This document shows positions 51,315 through 62,125 of a stretch of DNA of 64,000 bases, one piece after another. This stretch comes from Callorhinchus milii (Eukaryota). The position numbers were made by a program, and so were the translations under genes. Position 1 is the stretch's first letter. Each line of letters starts with the position of its first letter. The notes beneath the pieces were generated by a model. It did no database searches. It was given only the letters and a program-made list of their open reading frames with translations, and was not told the DNA's origin. The stretch is from positions 134,418,001-134,482,000 of the forward strand of contig NW_024704742.1 in NCBI RefSeq assembly GCF_018977255.1, given 5' to 3'.

Positions 51315-51625
51315 AAGGGATGGAGGGGGGGGGGGGAGGGCAGGGAGAAAGAGAGAGAGAAGTCGAGGGGGAGAGAGAGATGAAGGGGCGAAGGAGAAAG
51401 GAGGAGGGTGCGAGGGAGAGAAAGAGAGAGAGAGACAGATAGAGGAGGAGGCGAGGGAGAGAGAGAGGAGTGGGCAAGGGAGAGAGAAGAGGGGGTGAGA
51501 GAGAGGAGGGGGCAAGGGAGAGAGAGGAGGGGGTGAGGGAGAGAGAGAGAGGAGGGGGCGAGGGAGAGAAAGAAGAGGGGGTGAGGGAAGAGGGAAAGAG
51601 AGAAAGTGGAATGGGGGAAAGGAGG
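51315..51625. repeat. (GA)-rich polypurine tract
   Basis: Almost entirely G/A on the + strand, with a degenerate gagggagagagagaggagggggc unit. Confidence 0.9.
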
Positions 51626-51872
51626 TAAGTTAAGTGAAACCTCACCACTTGTTGCTGTCTGAGATATAGTGTTGCTCAAAAAAAAGCACACAAACATATA
51701 GAAACTCCGAAATCTGATTGAATGGTGACGAGTCCGGAGACCAGGGAGCCGGCCTCGAATAAACAAACAAATAAACAAACAAACAAACAAACAAGATGCC
51801 ACACACCACACGAGGTACAGAAATAAAACCAGCGAAGGCAGACGCAGGCACAGCCCTGAAGGGCTGACATAC

Positions 51873-52727
51873 CTCGCAGTCCTCTCCGATGACCAAGTCT
51901 GTTGCTGCTCGGGGGAGGCCGATGACACTGGCTGGGCACCCCCGGCTCAGGAGGATACGGAGACGAGGGCTCGCCCTGCTCTGGCTCCCCCGGACCCTGA
52001 GCTTACAGGCCCTGGCCTGGGGGAGGGCTTCGAGCGAGCAGCTCCGTGGCATGTTGGAGTGAGCGGAGCCTGCGGTGGTGGTGGTGGTGGTGGTGATGGG
52101 GGGGGGCCGGGTAGGTGGGCTGCGCTCGCTGTCCCGGGCGAGGGGCGAGGTTGAGGTGCTGCGAGACAGCCGGAGGCGGGGGGAGTCAGGGGCCGTTCCT
52201 CGGGCTCCTCGCTGCTGCTGAAACTGCAGCACTAGGCAGGGCGGCCCCCCGGCCCCCCCGCCGGGCCCCGGCTCCTGCTGTAGCGACAGGCGGCGGCCGA
52301 GTGACGGGGCACGAAGAGCGCTGCCTGGGAGCCGGCGAGGGGCCCCGTTCATCAGGGGGCTGGCGAGCAGGCGCCAGGGAGGCTCGGTGGACTCTCCATA
52401 GGAGGGGGGGTCCTCAGGACTCGCGTCCGTCTCCATGTGGTCTTCACCATCGTCGGTGGGTGTGCGCTGGAGTGAAATGTGCACCGAGGTACTCCGAGTG
52501 GGTCTAGGGTCCACCGTCAGCAGCTGAGGGATGAACACGGAGGAGCTGCGGCTGGCGGAGGATTGTTCCGGGGGGCCGGGGGACTGGCCCCGGGGGGTTG
52601 GGCTCTGCGGCCGGGTGCGGAGGGTCATGTGCACGTCGTTCTCCCCCTCCTCCTCGTCCGATGCTCTGGATCCAGGGTCCGTGTTGCTCCGGCGGGAACC
52701 AAAGTAGAGACGCAGTCGGTGAGCCAT
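51873..52727 (-). CDS. NEDD4L: NEDD4L alternative first coding exon (285 aa low-complexity N-terminus, MAHRLRLYFGSRRSNTDP...GEDCE), isoform lacking most of C2
   Basis: TAA GCG ATG G (in-frame stop, then strong Kozak). 855 nt to GAG|gtatgt, a phase-0 donor compatible with the TRDDFLG exon. Blocks MAHRLRLxFG, RSSSxFIPQLL, SVxISLQR, RRxSLQ and PRxRLxRSTS resemble long NEDD4L N-termini as I recall them. CpG-rich. Confidence 0.85.
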
Positions 52728-52789
52728 CGCTTAACAGGCGCGGGGGGGGAAGAGTGAACTGAAGAAAGGGAAGCCTTGGGTTTTCAAGA

Positions 52790-53142
52790 GAGGGAGGGAC
52801 TGGTGGGGAGAGAGAGAGAGAGGGGGGAAGAGAGAGGGGGAGAAGAGAGAAAGGAGGGGGAAGAGGGCGGGAAGGAGGGAGAAAGAGAGACAGAAAGAGG
52901 GAGAGAGAAAGAGAGAGCGAGAGAGAGAGAGGGGGGTCGGAGAGGAAGAGCGAGAGAGAGAGAGAGAGGGGGAAAGAGAGAGTGGGGGGTGTGGAAAGAG
53001 AGAGAGAGGAGGTGGAGAAAGAGAGAAAGAGAGTGAGTGGTGGTGAAGGGGGTGAAGGGGGCTGACGAGAGAGAGAGAGAAAGGGAGGGAGTGGGGGGAA
53101 AGAGAGAGAGAGAGAGAGAGCGAGAGAAAGAAAGAAAGAGGA
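52790..53142. repeat. (GA)n polypurine tract upstream of the alternative ATG
   Basis: Long GA/GGA low-complexity run. Confidence 0.9.
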
Positions 53143-53534
53143 AAACTCGCTGCCAGGAGTGTGCGTAAAAAAAAAAAAAATCAAAGATGTAGGCTCCAGC
53201 GAAAAAAAAACTGTCCCATCTGCCAAACTGTTAGCACACTGCAGCTTGATAGCGACAGATAGCAGAAATAGCCGGCGTGACAGGCAGCATTCCAGGCGTG
53301 ATTGGACAGGGGCGATCAGTGCTGCCACACAGAGAGACGTGGGGTAGGGGGTTGGGGGAGTCACATGCTCCAGACTGCTCCCCGTCAGCCGCCAGGCCAG
53401 AAACTTTTTTTTCCCCCCCCCTCTCGTTAATATATGTCATACGTGAATAAAATACAAACGCGCGCGTACGTGCTGGCCCCCCCCCCCCCGCGCGCACCGC
53501 GCCGCGCCACAGCGCGCAGCACTCTGCACCCGCG

Positions 53535-53812
53535 CTCACACGCACACGCGCGCACCACACACACTCACAGGCACTTCGCGCGCATACACCACAGACACAC
53601 GCGCACACATCAGACACACCCACACCCCACAGACACACCCACACACCACAGACACACGCACACTGACCACAGATACACGCACACTGACCATAGACATACA
53701 AACACACCACACATACAAGCACTCCACAGATAAGAGCACACTACACATACACACTATACACATGATAGGCTACAGTCTCATGCACACACACATACTACAC
53801 ACGCGCGCACAC
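53535..53812. repeat. (CA)-rich low-complexity tract
   Basis: Degenerate cacacac/cagacac repeats. Confidence 0.85.
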
Positions 53813-54059
53813 AGCGAGCCAGAGCTAGAGCCAGAGTAAAGCCTGTAAGAGAAGGCACCTTTGGCAGCTGTTGCTTTTCCATCACAAGCTGCCCCCGGCC
53901 CCAGTGAGACAACTTGCAGCTCAGAGCAGCTTACCAGCACCATAAATCTGCCCGTGAGTCTGCAACAGCGCAACGCGGAGCAAGGATAAACGACAACAAT
54001 CCTCACACTTGGGACACTGCCTTTCACGCCAGGAAGACATCTCGAAGCACTTCACAGTA

Positions 54060-54470
54060 AAGCACTCTCGCCTCCGACCCCAAGGGCTGCGGGTTCAACC
54101 ACACATCCAGACATTTAATTCAAGAGTCTTTGTTGATGATCCTACACACTTGACAGAGATTCATCCATGGGACTGATGTTAAACCGAGCCCCGACTGCCT
54201 GTACAGGTGGACATTGAACAGTCCAATGGGTCAAAAACAACAACAACAACTTATATTTGTTCTATTTGAAGAGAGAAGCCAGTTTTACCAAATGTTATTG
54301 GCCGAGAATCCTCCAGCTAAAAATCTGTCACTCGCCCCCTGGCTGTGCATAGGACGTTAACGGGGGGCAAAAGAATTGGCTGGCACGTTCGTCTACAAAA
54401 TTTGAAGTCCTGTGAAACGCTTGAGAGGTCTTGCTGATGTGATGAGTCACGGCATCAATGCAAAGATGAC
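54060..54470 (+). mobile_element. Older DeuSINE
   Basis: agcactctcgcctc head; gatgttaaaccgagccccg..ggtggacattgaa core. Confidence 0.65.
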
Positions 54471-54773
54471 AATTTTTTTCCTTCCAACATTTGTCAACCA
54501 ACGACCACAACAATTTAATCAAAAAAAATTCCAGAGCATCCGACACTGTTACCAATTTTTGTCTTAAGAAACGCATTGACTTGTTTTCTGTCAACAAATA
54601 ACTACAACAAAACCGCAAGGCAAGTTGTCTAGATCCTGCATGTATGTCTCCACAAACCCTGCAACAGTATTATAATCAAAATAATCCTTGCATTTGCTAT
54701 AGCGCCTTATCATGCTGTCGAGTTGCATCAACGCACTACTATTTATATGTAACATTACGTGACACTTTGCATT

Positions 54774-55133
54774 GTGGAGTCCTGCAGCACAGTGGTTAAG
54801 AGCACTTGCCTCGCAAGGTTCAATTCCCGGGCAGGAGCTAAATGTTGGTCAAGTTTCCTTACTCCACACCGAGTAGTAAGTAGGAACACAGTTGTTAGTC
54901 AATTGGCGGATCGCTTTTCTGGGGGTAATAATCTCTTCAACAAATAAAAATAAATAAATAATAATAATTTGGTCACTCAATCCACGACTGTTTGTGGGAC
55001 ACTGCTGTGTTCGACTGGCTGCCATATTTCACCCACAAAATGGACAGTTAATTCACTTTACAGTATATTCTGTGAAGCCCTTTGCGATGTCTCAACGACA
55101 TGGCAAGGCGCTATATCAAAGGCAAGGAATATT
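54774..55133 (+). mobile_element. SINE (long subfamily)
   Basis: gtggagtcctg head through gcaaggaatatt tail. Confidence 0.85.
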
Positions 55134-57084
55134 ATACAACAACATGAGGAAAACAATAGGTCAGTGTGGGACCAAGACACAAAATTATTGTGAATACAAT
55201 GTCATGAAAACTGCAGTAGCAAATTCAGGGAATGATATTAAAGAGACAGATTAGGAAATACAGCGCACACATTTCGCTACGCATTTTCCCAGAGCTGGGG
55301 GTTCAATTCAAACACACTACCTGCTAACACACACACATGCAAACACACACCATGCACCACATGAACCCCCAAAATCCACTGACTCTTAATGCAACTTCAG
55401 CACCTACCACACTACTAACTCCAACAAGCACACTGATGAACACACTGATCTGACACATTTCACGTAGGGCAACATCTCAGAGGGCTTTACAGTGACAGGG
55501 TTGGACAGAGTAGGGAGGTGGCCACAGTCTAAAAGTTAAGTTTTTGAGGTGGCACTTGAGGATTTCGGGGATGAAAAAAGGGGGAGGAAGCTCCAGAGGT
55601 TGGGAGGGGGTCGGATCTGAATGGCAACACGGAGAGTGTAAGGGACACTCAGAAAATCCGAGTTTGCTGATAGGAGGAAGTGGGCAGAGGAGTGTGGTCG
55701 GAGAAGATCAGAGAAATAAGAAGGTGCTAATGCTTGGAGTGATTTGCAGACAACAACAACTTGCATTTACATCGCGCCCTTCATGCTGGAGGGTGTCTCA
55801 GAGCGCTTAGCAGTGGCGGAGCCCGATGCAGAGCCAGTGGGAGGGGGAAGCTGACCACAAACACGGTGGAAGAGGAAGGTCTTCAAGCATAACCTGAAAA
55901 TGGGGAGAGAGGGGGCAAGGCGAAGGGATTGAGGGAGAGAATTCCACAGACGAGAGCTAGGACCGTGATGTCAACCCGCTTGATGCCCTGGAGAATACCT
56001 GCTGGCGTATTAATACACCTGGCCAGGCAGATCGCGAGGTTCACCTGGGCTGATCTGATTTCAGTTCTAAGTGTTTGCCTCAGATCCATTGGAAAGGTGA
56101 TCCCAACAATAGGAGTCTAATTTCCCAAAGGTTTAGTTACCTCAGTCCCACTTTGCTATTTATCTCTGCAAAACCTTTCGCAATCTTCCCCCCAAAACAT
56201 GCCAACAACAACAATAATTTGCATTTACATATCGCCCTTTACATGGGGCAGCACCTGGGAGCGTTTAACGGAGCTGGAACCTGACGCCGAGGCAGGAGGA
56301 GGGAAGAGGTGACCGACCATAAGCAACTACAACAACAACAACTCGGTTAAGAATGACACAACCCAATGAACAGTCACCAACAAAACAACATTCATGCGCA
56401 CCGCCAACAGTGCAGCAACCAAAGCGCAACTCATGGCCATGAGACAGTTGGACGAAAGGACTGACATCAGGTCACATTGTAATTGAGTAAGTTTTTTTTG
56501 CAAATTAACTGCGGCCAAACAAGCTAACATAAACCCTGATGGTTTGCCAGTGGCAAAGCTCTCTCCTCCTGCCAAATCAACAGAAATCCATCTTGCTAAT
56601 GGCCTGCGTTGAGAAACATGCGGAGAGAGAGGGACCTGGTTGATGTTGAGGCTCCTGTTTTTGCCGACTGCCTGATTCCATTGAAGAATAATCGGAGCTT
56701 TTTTGCTCATCTGACTCAACAACTGTGAGCTCTTGGCACAAACATCTCCTTAAGTTTTTTTTAAACTTCAACGTTCAAAAAAAATAAGTAAAAAAAAACA
56801 CACTCACTCGCACAATCCTTCCGTGTGTCCCACCCACGTACCACCTGGCAACTCACAGCAGCTGCAGAAGCAACTCAAAACCCCACAGAAGGTCACATTA
56901 GTGGCTTTGGTCCATACTCTGATACAAGTCAAGCCTTCAGATCCTCTACCATTTGCTCCTCCAAAGCCCCTCTCTGTCACTCTCCCTCCTTCTCAACACA
57001 CCCGGGCTCCTTTTTTTTTTAAAGTACGGCCTCGAAATCTACCTCTTTAGCTGAGTCTACGGCCAACCTCCCCCTTCTTCTCTC

Positions 57085-57598
57085 CCTTGCCCTGGTCACT
57101 TGCCCACACCAGGCTCCGTGACCCCATCAACCCTACCTTCGCTCCTCTCCACTGGCTCCCCATCCCTCAGAGGATAGAATTCAAAATCCTCATCCTCACT
57201 TTCAAGACCCTCCACGGCCTTGCCCCCTCCTACATCTCTGACCTGCTGACCCCCTATCAAACTGTCCACTCCCTCCGCTCCGCCCATGTTTCCTGCCCGA
57301 CCCACCCTATCATCAACGACCAGGCTTTCAGCCTCTCCGTCCCCATTCTTTGGAACTCCATCCCACAACCCTTTTGCCTTGCTCCCTCTTTTGCCTCCTT
57401 CAAGGCACGACTGAAGACCCTCCTTTTCGAAGGTGCCTTCAGCCGTCTTCCTACCCCTCTGCCCTCCCTCATCCCAACTCTGCGCCACCCACCCCCCCCC
57501 CACACTCGGGTCCTGATCCCTGACTGTTCAGCGTCTTGGGACATCCTCCCGATGTGAAAGGCGCTTTACAAACGTCATTTTTTTTGTATTGTTGTTGT
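57085..57598 (+). mobile_element. L2 LINE 3' fragment
   Basis: LHWLPIPQRIEFKILILTFKTLHGLAPSYISDLL; LWNSIP; (TTG)n tail. Confidence 0.92.
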
Positions 57599-57612
57599 CC
57601 TGAGCCCAACTC

Positions 57613-57970
57613 GTGGAATCCCATAGCGTAGCATAACACACTCGCCTTGCAAGCATGAGGGCCCAGGTTCGATTCCAGGACGGGGCAAAACCTTAGGCAC
57701 GTTTCTTAACTCCACACACCTCTGTTTACCTAGTTAGTAAGTAGGAACCCAGTTGTTAGTCAATTGGTGGATCACTTTCTGGGGATAATAATCTCAATCT
57801 CACTCAATCTTCGACTATTTGTGGGACACTGCTGTGCGCAATTGGCTGCCGTACCTCGCCCACAAAATACAGTCAATTCACTTTACAATACACTCTGTGA
57901 AGCGCTTTGAGCCGTCTCAACCACGTGATGAGATGCTATATCAAATGCAAGGATTATTATTCTTATTATT
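57613..57970 (+). mobile_element. SINE (long subfamily) directly after an L2 tail
   Basis: Head, long insert, body and tail. Confidence 0.87.
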
Positions 57971-59154
57971 TTTGTAAAACACTCAGAAAAATTACCCTAC
58001 AGGCTATGTAAACACGAGCTGTTGTTGTGGCTGCTGGGGAAGACAGAGTATCACAAGACAAAGTAATGAAGTGATGTGGATAAGCTGGGACTCGAGAGTA
58101 GTGTCACAAGGTGTGTGAGTCACAAGATCAACAACAAGAAGTATTTATATAGCACCCTTCATGCAGGATGGTTTCTCATGAGAGCATTACACAGTGGTGG
58201 GGTTGGATGCTGAGCTATGGAGAAGAGGGTGGGGGAAGTGGCCATAGGCGCCGTTCAAGAGATAGGTCTTAAGTGAGATTTAAAAATAGATGAGGAGATA
58301 AACACAGGCCCCAACATAGCGTCCAAAGCAAAATTCACTGATGAGACAGTGAATTGTAAACAAACTCAGCTGGTTTACTGAGACTGAGACATTGGGTAGT
58401 TATATCGATTTGCTTATGTATTGAACTATAACAACACCCAACCCAATGGCAGCTACATTGAATTGCCTCAAAGCACTTCAAAGAAACAGCTGTTGAGTGT
58501 AACCATTAAATGTATAGACAAATGGACAGCCATTTTGGTAACAGCCAGGTCCCATGAACAGCCGTGAAGTGAGCATGAGTTTGGTTGGGACACTGCCGTG
58601 CGCAATTGGCTGCCGTGTTTCGCCCACAAAATACACTTTACAATTTGCCTTACAGTATGTTCTGTGAAGTGCTTTGAGACGTCTCGACAACGTAATAAAG
58701 CTCTATATCAAATGCAAGGATTATTATTACACTCAACCATGGTGATGGGTTTCCGTATGTACAGACACCCAGCGATACCAGACACCAGGGTGATAGCCAC
58801 AGTAACTACTGCTGTTGCCAATTACCACAATAAGCACTCGCTACAGATACACAGTCACTACATATTAAAAAGTAAAATCATATGAAGCACTTTGGCGAGA
58901 CTTCTCAACGAGGTGATGAGGTGCTATATCGAATGCAAAATTTTTTATATTATTATTATCATCATGAAGTGCAGACTTTGACTTAAAAGTCAAGGTCTAA
59001 AGGAGAACCACTACACCTAATGAGGACTAAGGACACAAACTTTGCACTGGGTTGGAACAGATTTCAATACAAAACCACAATGTTTATGTGTAGAATTTTC
59101 TCTTCAACATTTCAAGCCACCTTAACAGCTAACAAAATAACCAGAAATGGGTTT

Positions 59155-59400
59155 AGGAACAGAGGAAAAGGAGTAGGCCCCTCGAGCCTGTTCTGCCATT
59201 CTATTCGATGATGGCTAATCTGTACCTCAACTGCAATTAGCCGCCTATCCCTCGATACCCTGACCTAACAAAAATCTATCCACCTCAATCTTGAGAATTT
59301 TAATGGATCCAGCATCCACAGCCTTTTGGGGAAAGAGTTTCCACCACTCTGCACGAAAAAAATGGTTCCTGGTTTCACTTCTAAATGGCCCTTTTTTCTG
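59155..59400 (-). mobile_element. CR1 3' UTR fragment
   Basis: Homologous to 39775-39930 (gatctgtatctcaactcc...cctaacaaaaatcta); CR1-type terminus. Confidence 0.6.
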
Positions 59401-60284
59401 GATCCCACCCACTAACCCCATCACTGAGGAAATTTTACCTGAGAGACAAATTTACCTGAAAAACAAGTAACGAAACCGTACGTACCATTGTATGGTTAAG
59501 CAGTGCTCTTCAACCCTAGAAATTACAACATTTTTGCTTTCCAAGAACATTTCTTGCTCATGGGACTGCAAAGAGAACCTCAGGGCAATAGATTATGACA
59601 AGGCAAAATACCCCCCAGGGTGTTCAAACCAGCTTTCCACAATCGGCTTCAGCAGCAGCATAGTTTAATCATCATTAATAATGTACGTTACCCATTTGCC
59701 ACTGACACTGTATAGTCTCTTGAGCCTCCACTGGAGCTGGTCTCAATGCCACAATCATATAACTCTATTTCCACTTCCACATATCATCTCTCGCTTTCAC
59801 CCACAAAATGTAGAATCAATTCACTATATATTCAGGATGTATTCTGCGAAATACTTTGAGATATCTCAACAATGTGATGAGGTGCTGAATCATATGCAAG
59901 AATTATTATCATCTCTGGAATTTCCATGTGTAGGTGGGATGCAAGAAATTCTGGTTTGGATACTCTTAAACACAGTGTTGGGTTTCCACATGTGTCAGAC
60001 ACCCATCTGCCCCAAAAAACACTGATATCAGGGCCCCACCTCTCAAAATACAATTCTATATTTACACAGCACCTTTCACATCAGGAGGTCATCCCAAAGT
60101 GTTTAACAATACCGACTGGGAACCCGGCAGATGTTAAAAGATGTTAAAAAAAAGTGGAGGGTGGGGAGGAGTTGAGCAAATGTATTCATCAACAGGAAAA
60201 AATACACACAATTACATACCACTCGACTTTGAAGCAGAGGAGATCAAGAGACCAAGTATTACCGAGATTGTTGACAGTAACAAC

Positions 60285-61070
60285 TACTACTTACATTTAC
60301 ATTACAGCTTTCACCAAGGATAATGTCTTGAGGCACCATACAGTGTGACAGCGGTTGGATGCCGAGCAAGGGAAAAGGGGGGAGGGGGAAGTACGGTCAA
60401 AGATGTAGGTTTTCAGGTGCACTTTAATGATGTGGAGGAGAGATTAAGGTAGTGAGTTCCAGAGATTAGTCCCAACCTTAATTTCTCCACCTCACCTGGT
60501 GTCGCCAATAGTGGATTGGGGGGAAAGACAGACATCAGGTCTGAGGGAGAGGCAGCAGGAGAGTGGGGTACAGTACAAGTGCATAAAAGGGATTTGAATG
60601 CAAGGGTGAGGATCTTGATGATGATCAAGGAGACAGTGGGAATGATGGACTTGCAGAGTTTGGCCTGGGTGATGATACAGGTAACAGTTCTCATCAGCTG
60701 GACTTTATGGATAGTGGAACTTGGGAGACCAACAAGGAGTATGACAAAGGCGTGGGTGTGATGGCATTTGGAATGAGGAATCTGAGGCAAGCAATGTAAA
60801 CAACAACAACAACAAAATTACATTTGTATAGCACCTTTCACGTCAGGAGGACTCCCAAGGCGCTGGATAGTCAGAGATTTGGACCTGAGCTGGGGGTCAG
60901 GATCGGAGGGTGGAGGGCAGGGGTTAAGCAGGGTGATCGAAAGCACGCTCGAAGAGGAGGGTCTTGAGATGGGCCTTGAAGGAGGCAAAGGAGGGGGAGA
61001 GGAGGAGGGACTATGGGATGGAGTTCCAGAGGGTGGGGGCAGAGTGGCAGAAAGCCTGCCCCCAGCGGTG
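60285..61070 (-). mobile_element. Two adjacent L2 3' fragments
   Basis: LLVGLPSSTIHKVQL and KILTLAFKSL peptides; two (GTT)n tails (~60285, ~60800). Confidence 0.75.
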
Positions 61071-61470
61071 AAAAATGTACAATTTCACAGTCATAGCAGG
61101 GCATCTGAGCGAGACCCAAAATTTCACCCAGTCTTCGCCTGTAAAACTACTTTGTGTCTTAAAATTAAGATTGGAAAATTCATAATTTTAATTTCATTAC
61201 TCTTATCGATTCGGAAGCCATGTGAGGGACAACTGGGCTTCCAAATTAAGATTGAATTGACAACAACTTGCCATTATATAGCACCCTTCACACAGGGTAG
61301 TGTCTCAGAGCGCTGCAAAGCTTAAGGTGTTTTCATAATTCTACGCGAATCTTGGATTTGAATTAGAAACAGATTTACCAGCCGACACCAGGAGAGATTG
61401 TGAGTCTCTCTAAGAGTACACAACTCAGGAAATCAGCAAAAGGAGGCAACTTATCACAATTAGCACTCAC

Positions 61471-61524
61471 CAGTCGGTTTTCATCAAACACTTCGAACTG
61501 CAATCTGTGGTTCTGGGGATTGAC
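61471..61524 (-). CDS. NEDD4L: NEDD4L C2-domain exon (54 nt, VNPQNHRLQFEVFDENRL)
   Basis: ttgcag|GTCAATCCC...AACCGACTG|gtgagt, phase 0/0, in frame with the previous exon; FEVFDENRL C2 motif. Confidence 0.95.
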
Positions 61525-61845
61525 CTGCAATGGGAGTAATTATGTTACTGCCACATTCTCAATTAATCACCTGCTGGTCCATCTACAGCGAAAATATCAG
61601 AATCGACCTTCAGAAAAGACTGTCTTCATACGAAGAGCAGCACAAGCATGCCGAGCCCGATACAAAGGAAAATCAAGTTCTAATGCTTAAAAATTATTTC
61701 TCCCAAAGGACAGATATTGTCAAAGAATCTGTACATGAGGGAGAAGGGAAAAAGGGTATAGGTTAAGGAATGCCATAGTGTAGTGGTTAGCGTGCTCGCC
61801 TCACAAGCGAGAGGATTTGGGTTTGATTCCCAGGTGGGGAAAAAA

Positions 61846-62125
61846 TCTTGGATAACAAACAGTGTTAACCTGGTGTCAAGGAATGTCCCAGAAAACCAAA
61901 CCACTTATAACCACACTGGCAGAAGCCATTACACCCTGGCTAAATCTTAGGCAAGTTTCCTTACTCCGCACACCTCTGTTTACCTAGCAGTAAGTAGGAA
62001 CCCAGTTGTTGATCGATTGGTGGATCACTTTCCAGGGTGTAATGGTTTCTGCCAGTGCAGTTAGCAAGTGGTCTGGATTTCTCGGACATTCCTTGACACC
62101 AGCTAACACCGTTTGTTATCTAAGA
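61846..62125. repeat. 94-bp inverted repeat (61846-61939 / 62032-62125) embedded in SINE 61767-62040
   Basis: The arms differ at about 12 positions by eye. Confidence 0.92.

Larger units (their letters stand above)
51900..53980 (-). promoter_or_regulatory. CpG-island-like internal promoter for the alternative NEDD4L first exon
   Basis: High GC and CpG density over the exon and at 53270-53600, with no interspersed repeats. CCAATC at 53300-53305 and a TATA-like CATATATTAA at 53427-53436, both on the minus strand. The TSS cannot be determined from sequence. Confidence 0.65.

Noticed and set aside
51642..51872. C-terminal 76 aa of the 361-aa ORF, including a hydrophobic TM-like stretch (ILFVCLFVYLFVY)
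   Set aside because: It lies past the strong phase-0 donor at 51872, and the hydrophobic run is just translated (TTTG)n microsatellite. The later donor at 51645 is phase 2 in this frame and does not fit the next exon.
50541..53763. Numerous long Pro/Leu/Ser-, Glu/Arg- or Cys/Val-rich ORFs
   Set aside because: They arise from stop-free low-complexity CT, GA and CA tracts, or are alternative frames of the real exon.
61495..61506. RLQFEV instead of the usual RLLFEV in the C2 domain
   Set aside because: Probably an outward-facing beta-strand position, and the acidic residues in FDEN and RDDF are intact; unlikely to matter.
61530..61766. Protein-like + strand ORF (IDLQKRLSSYEEQHK...)
   Set aside because: Short, antisense and intronic, with no recognisable homology or splice support.
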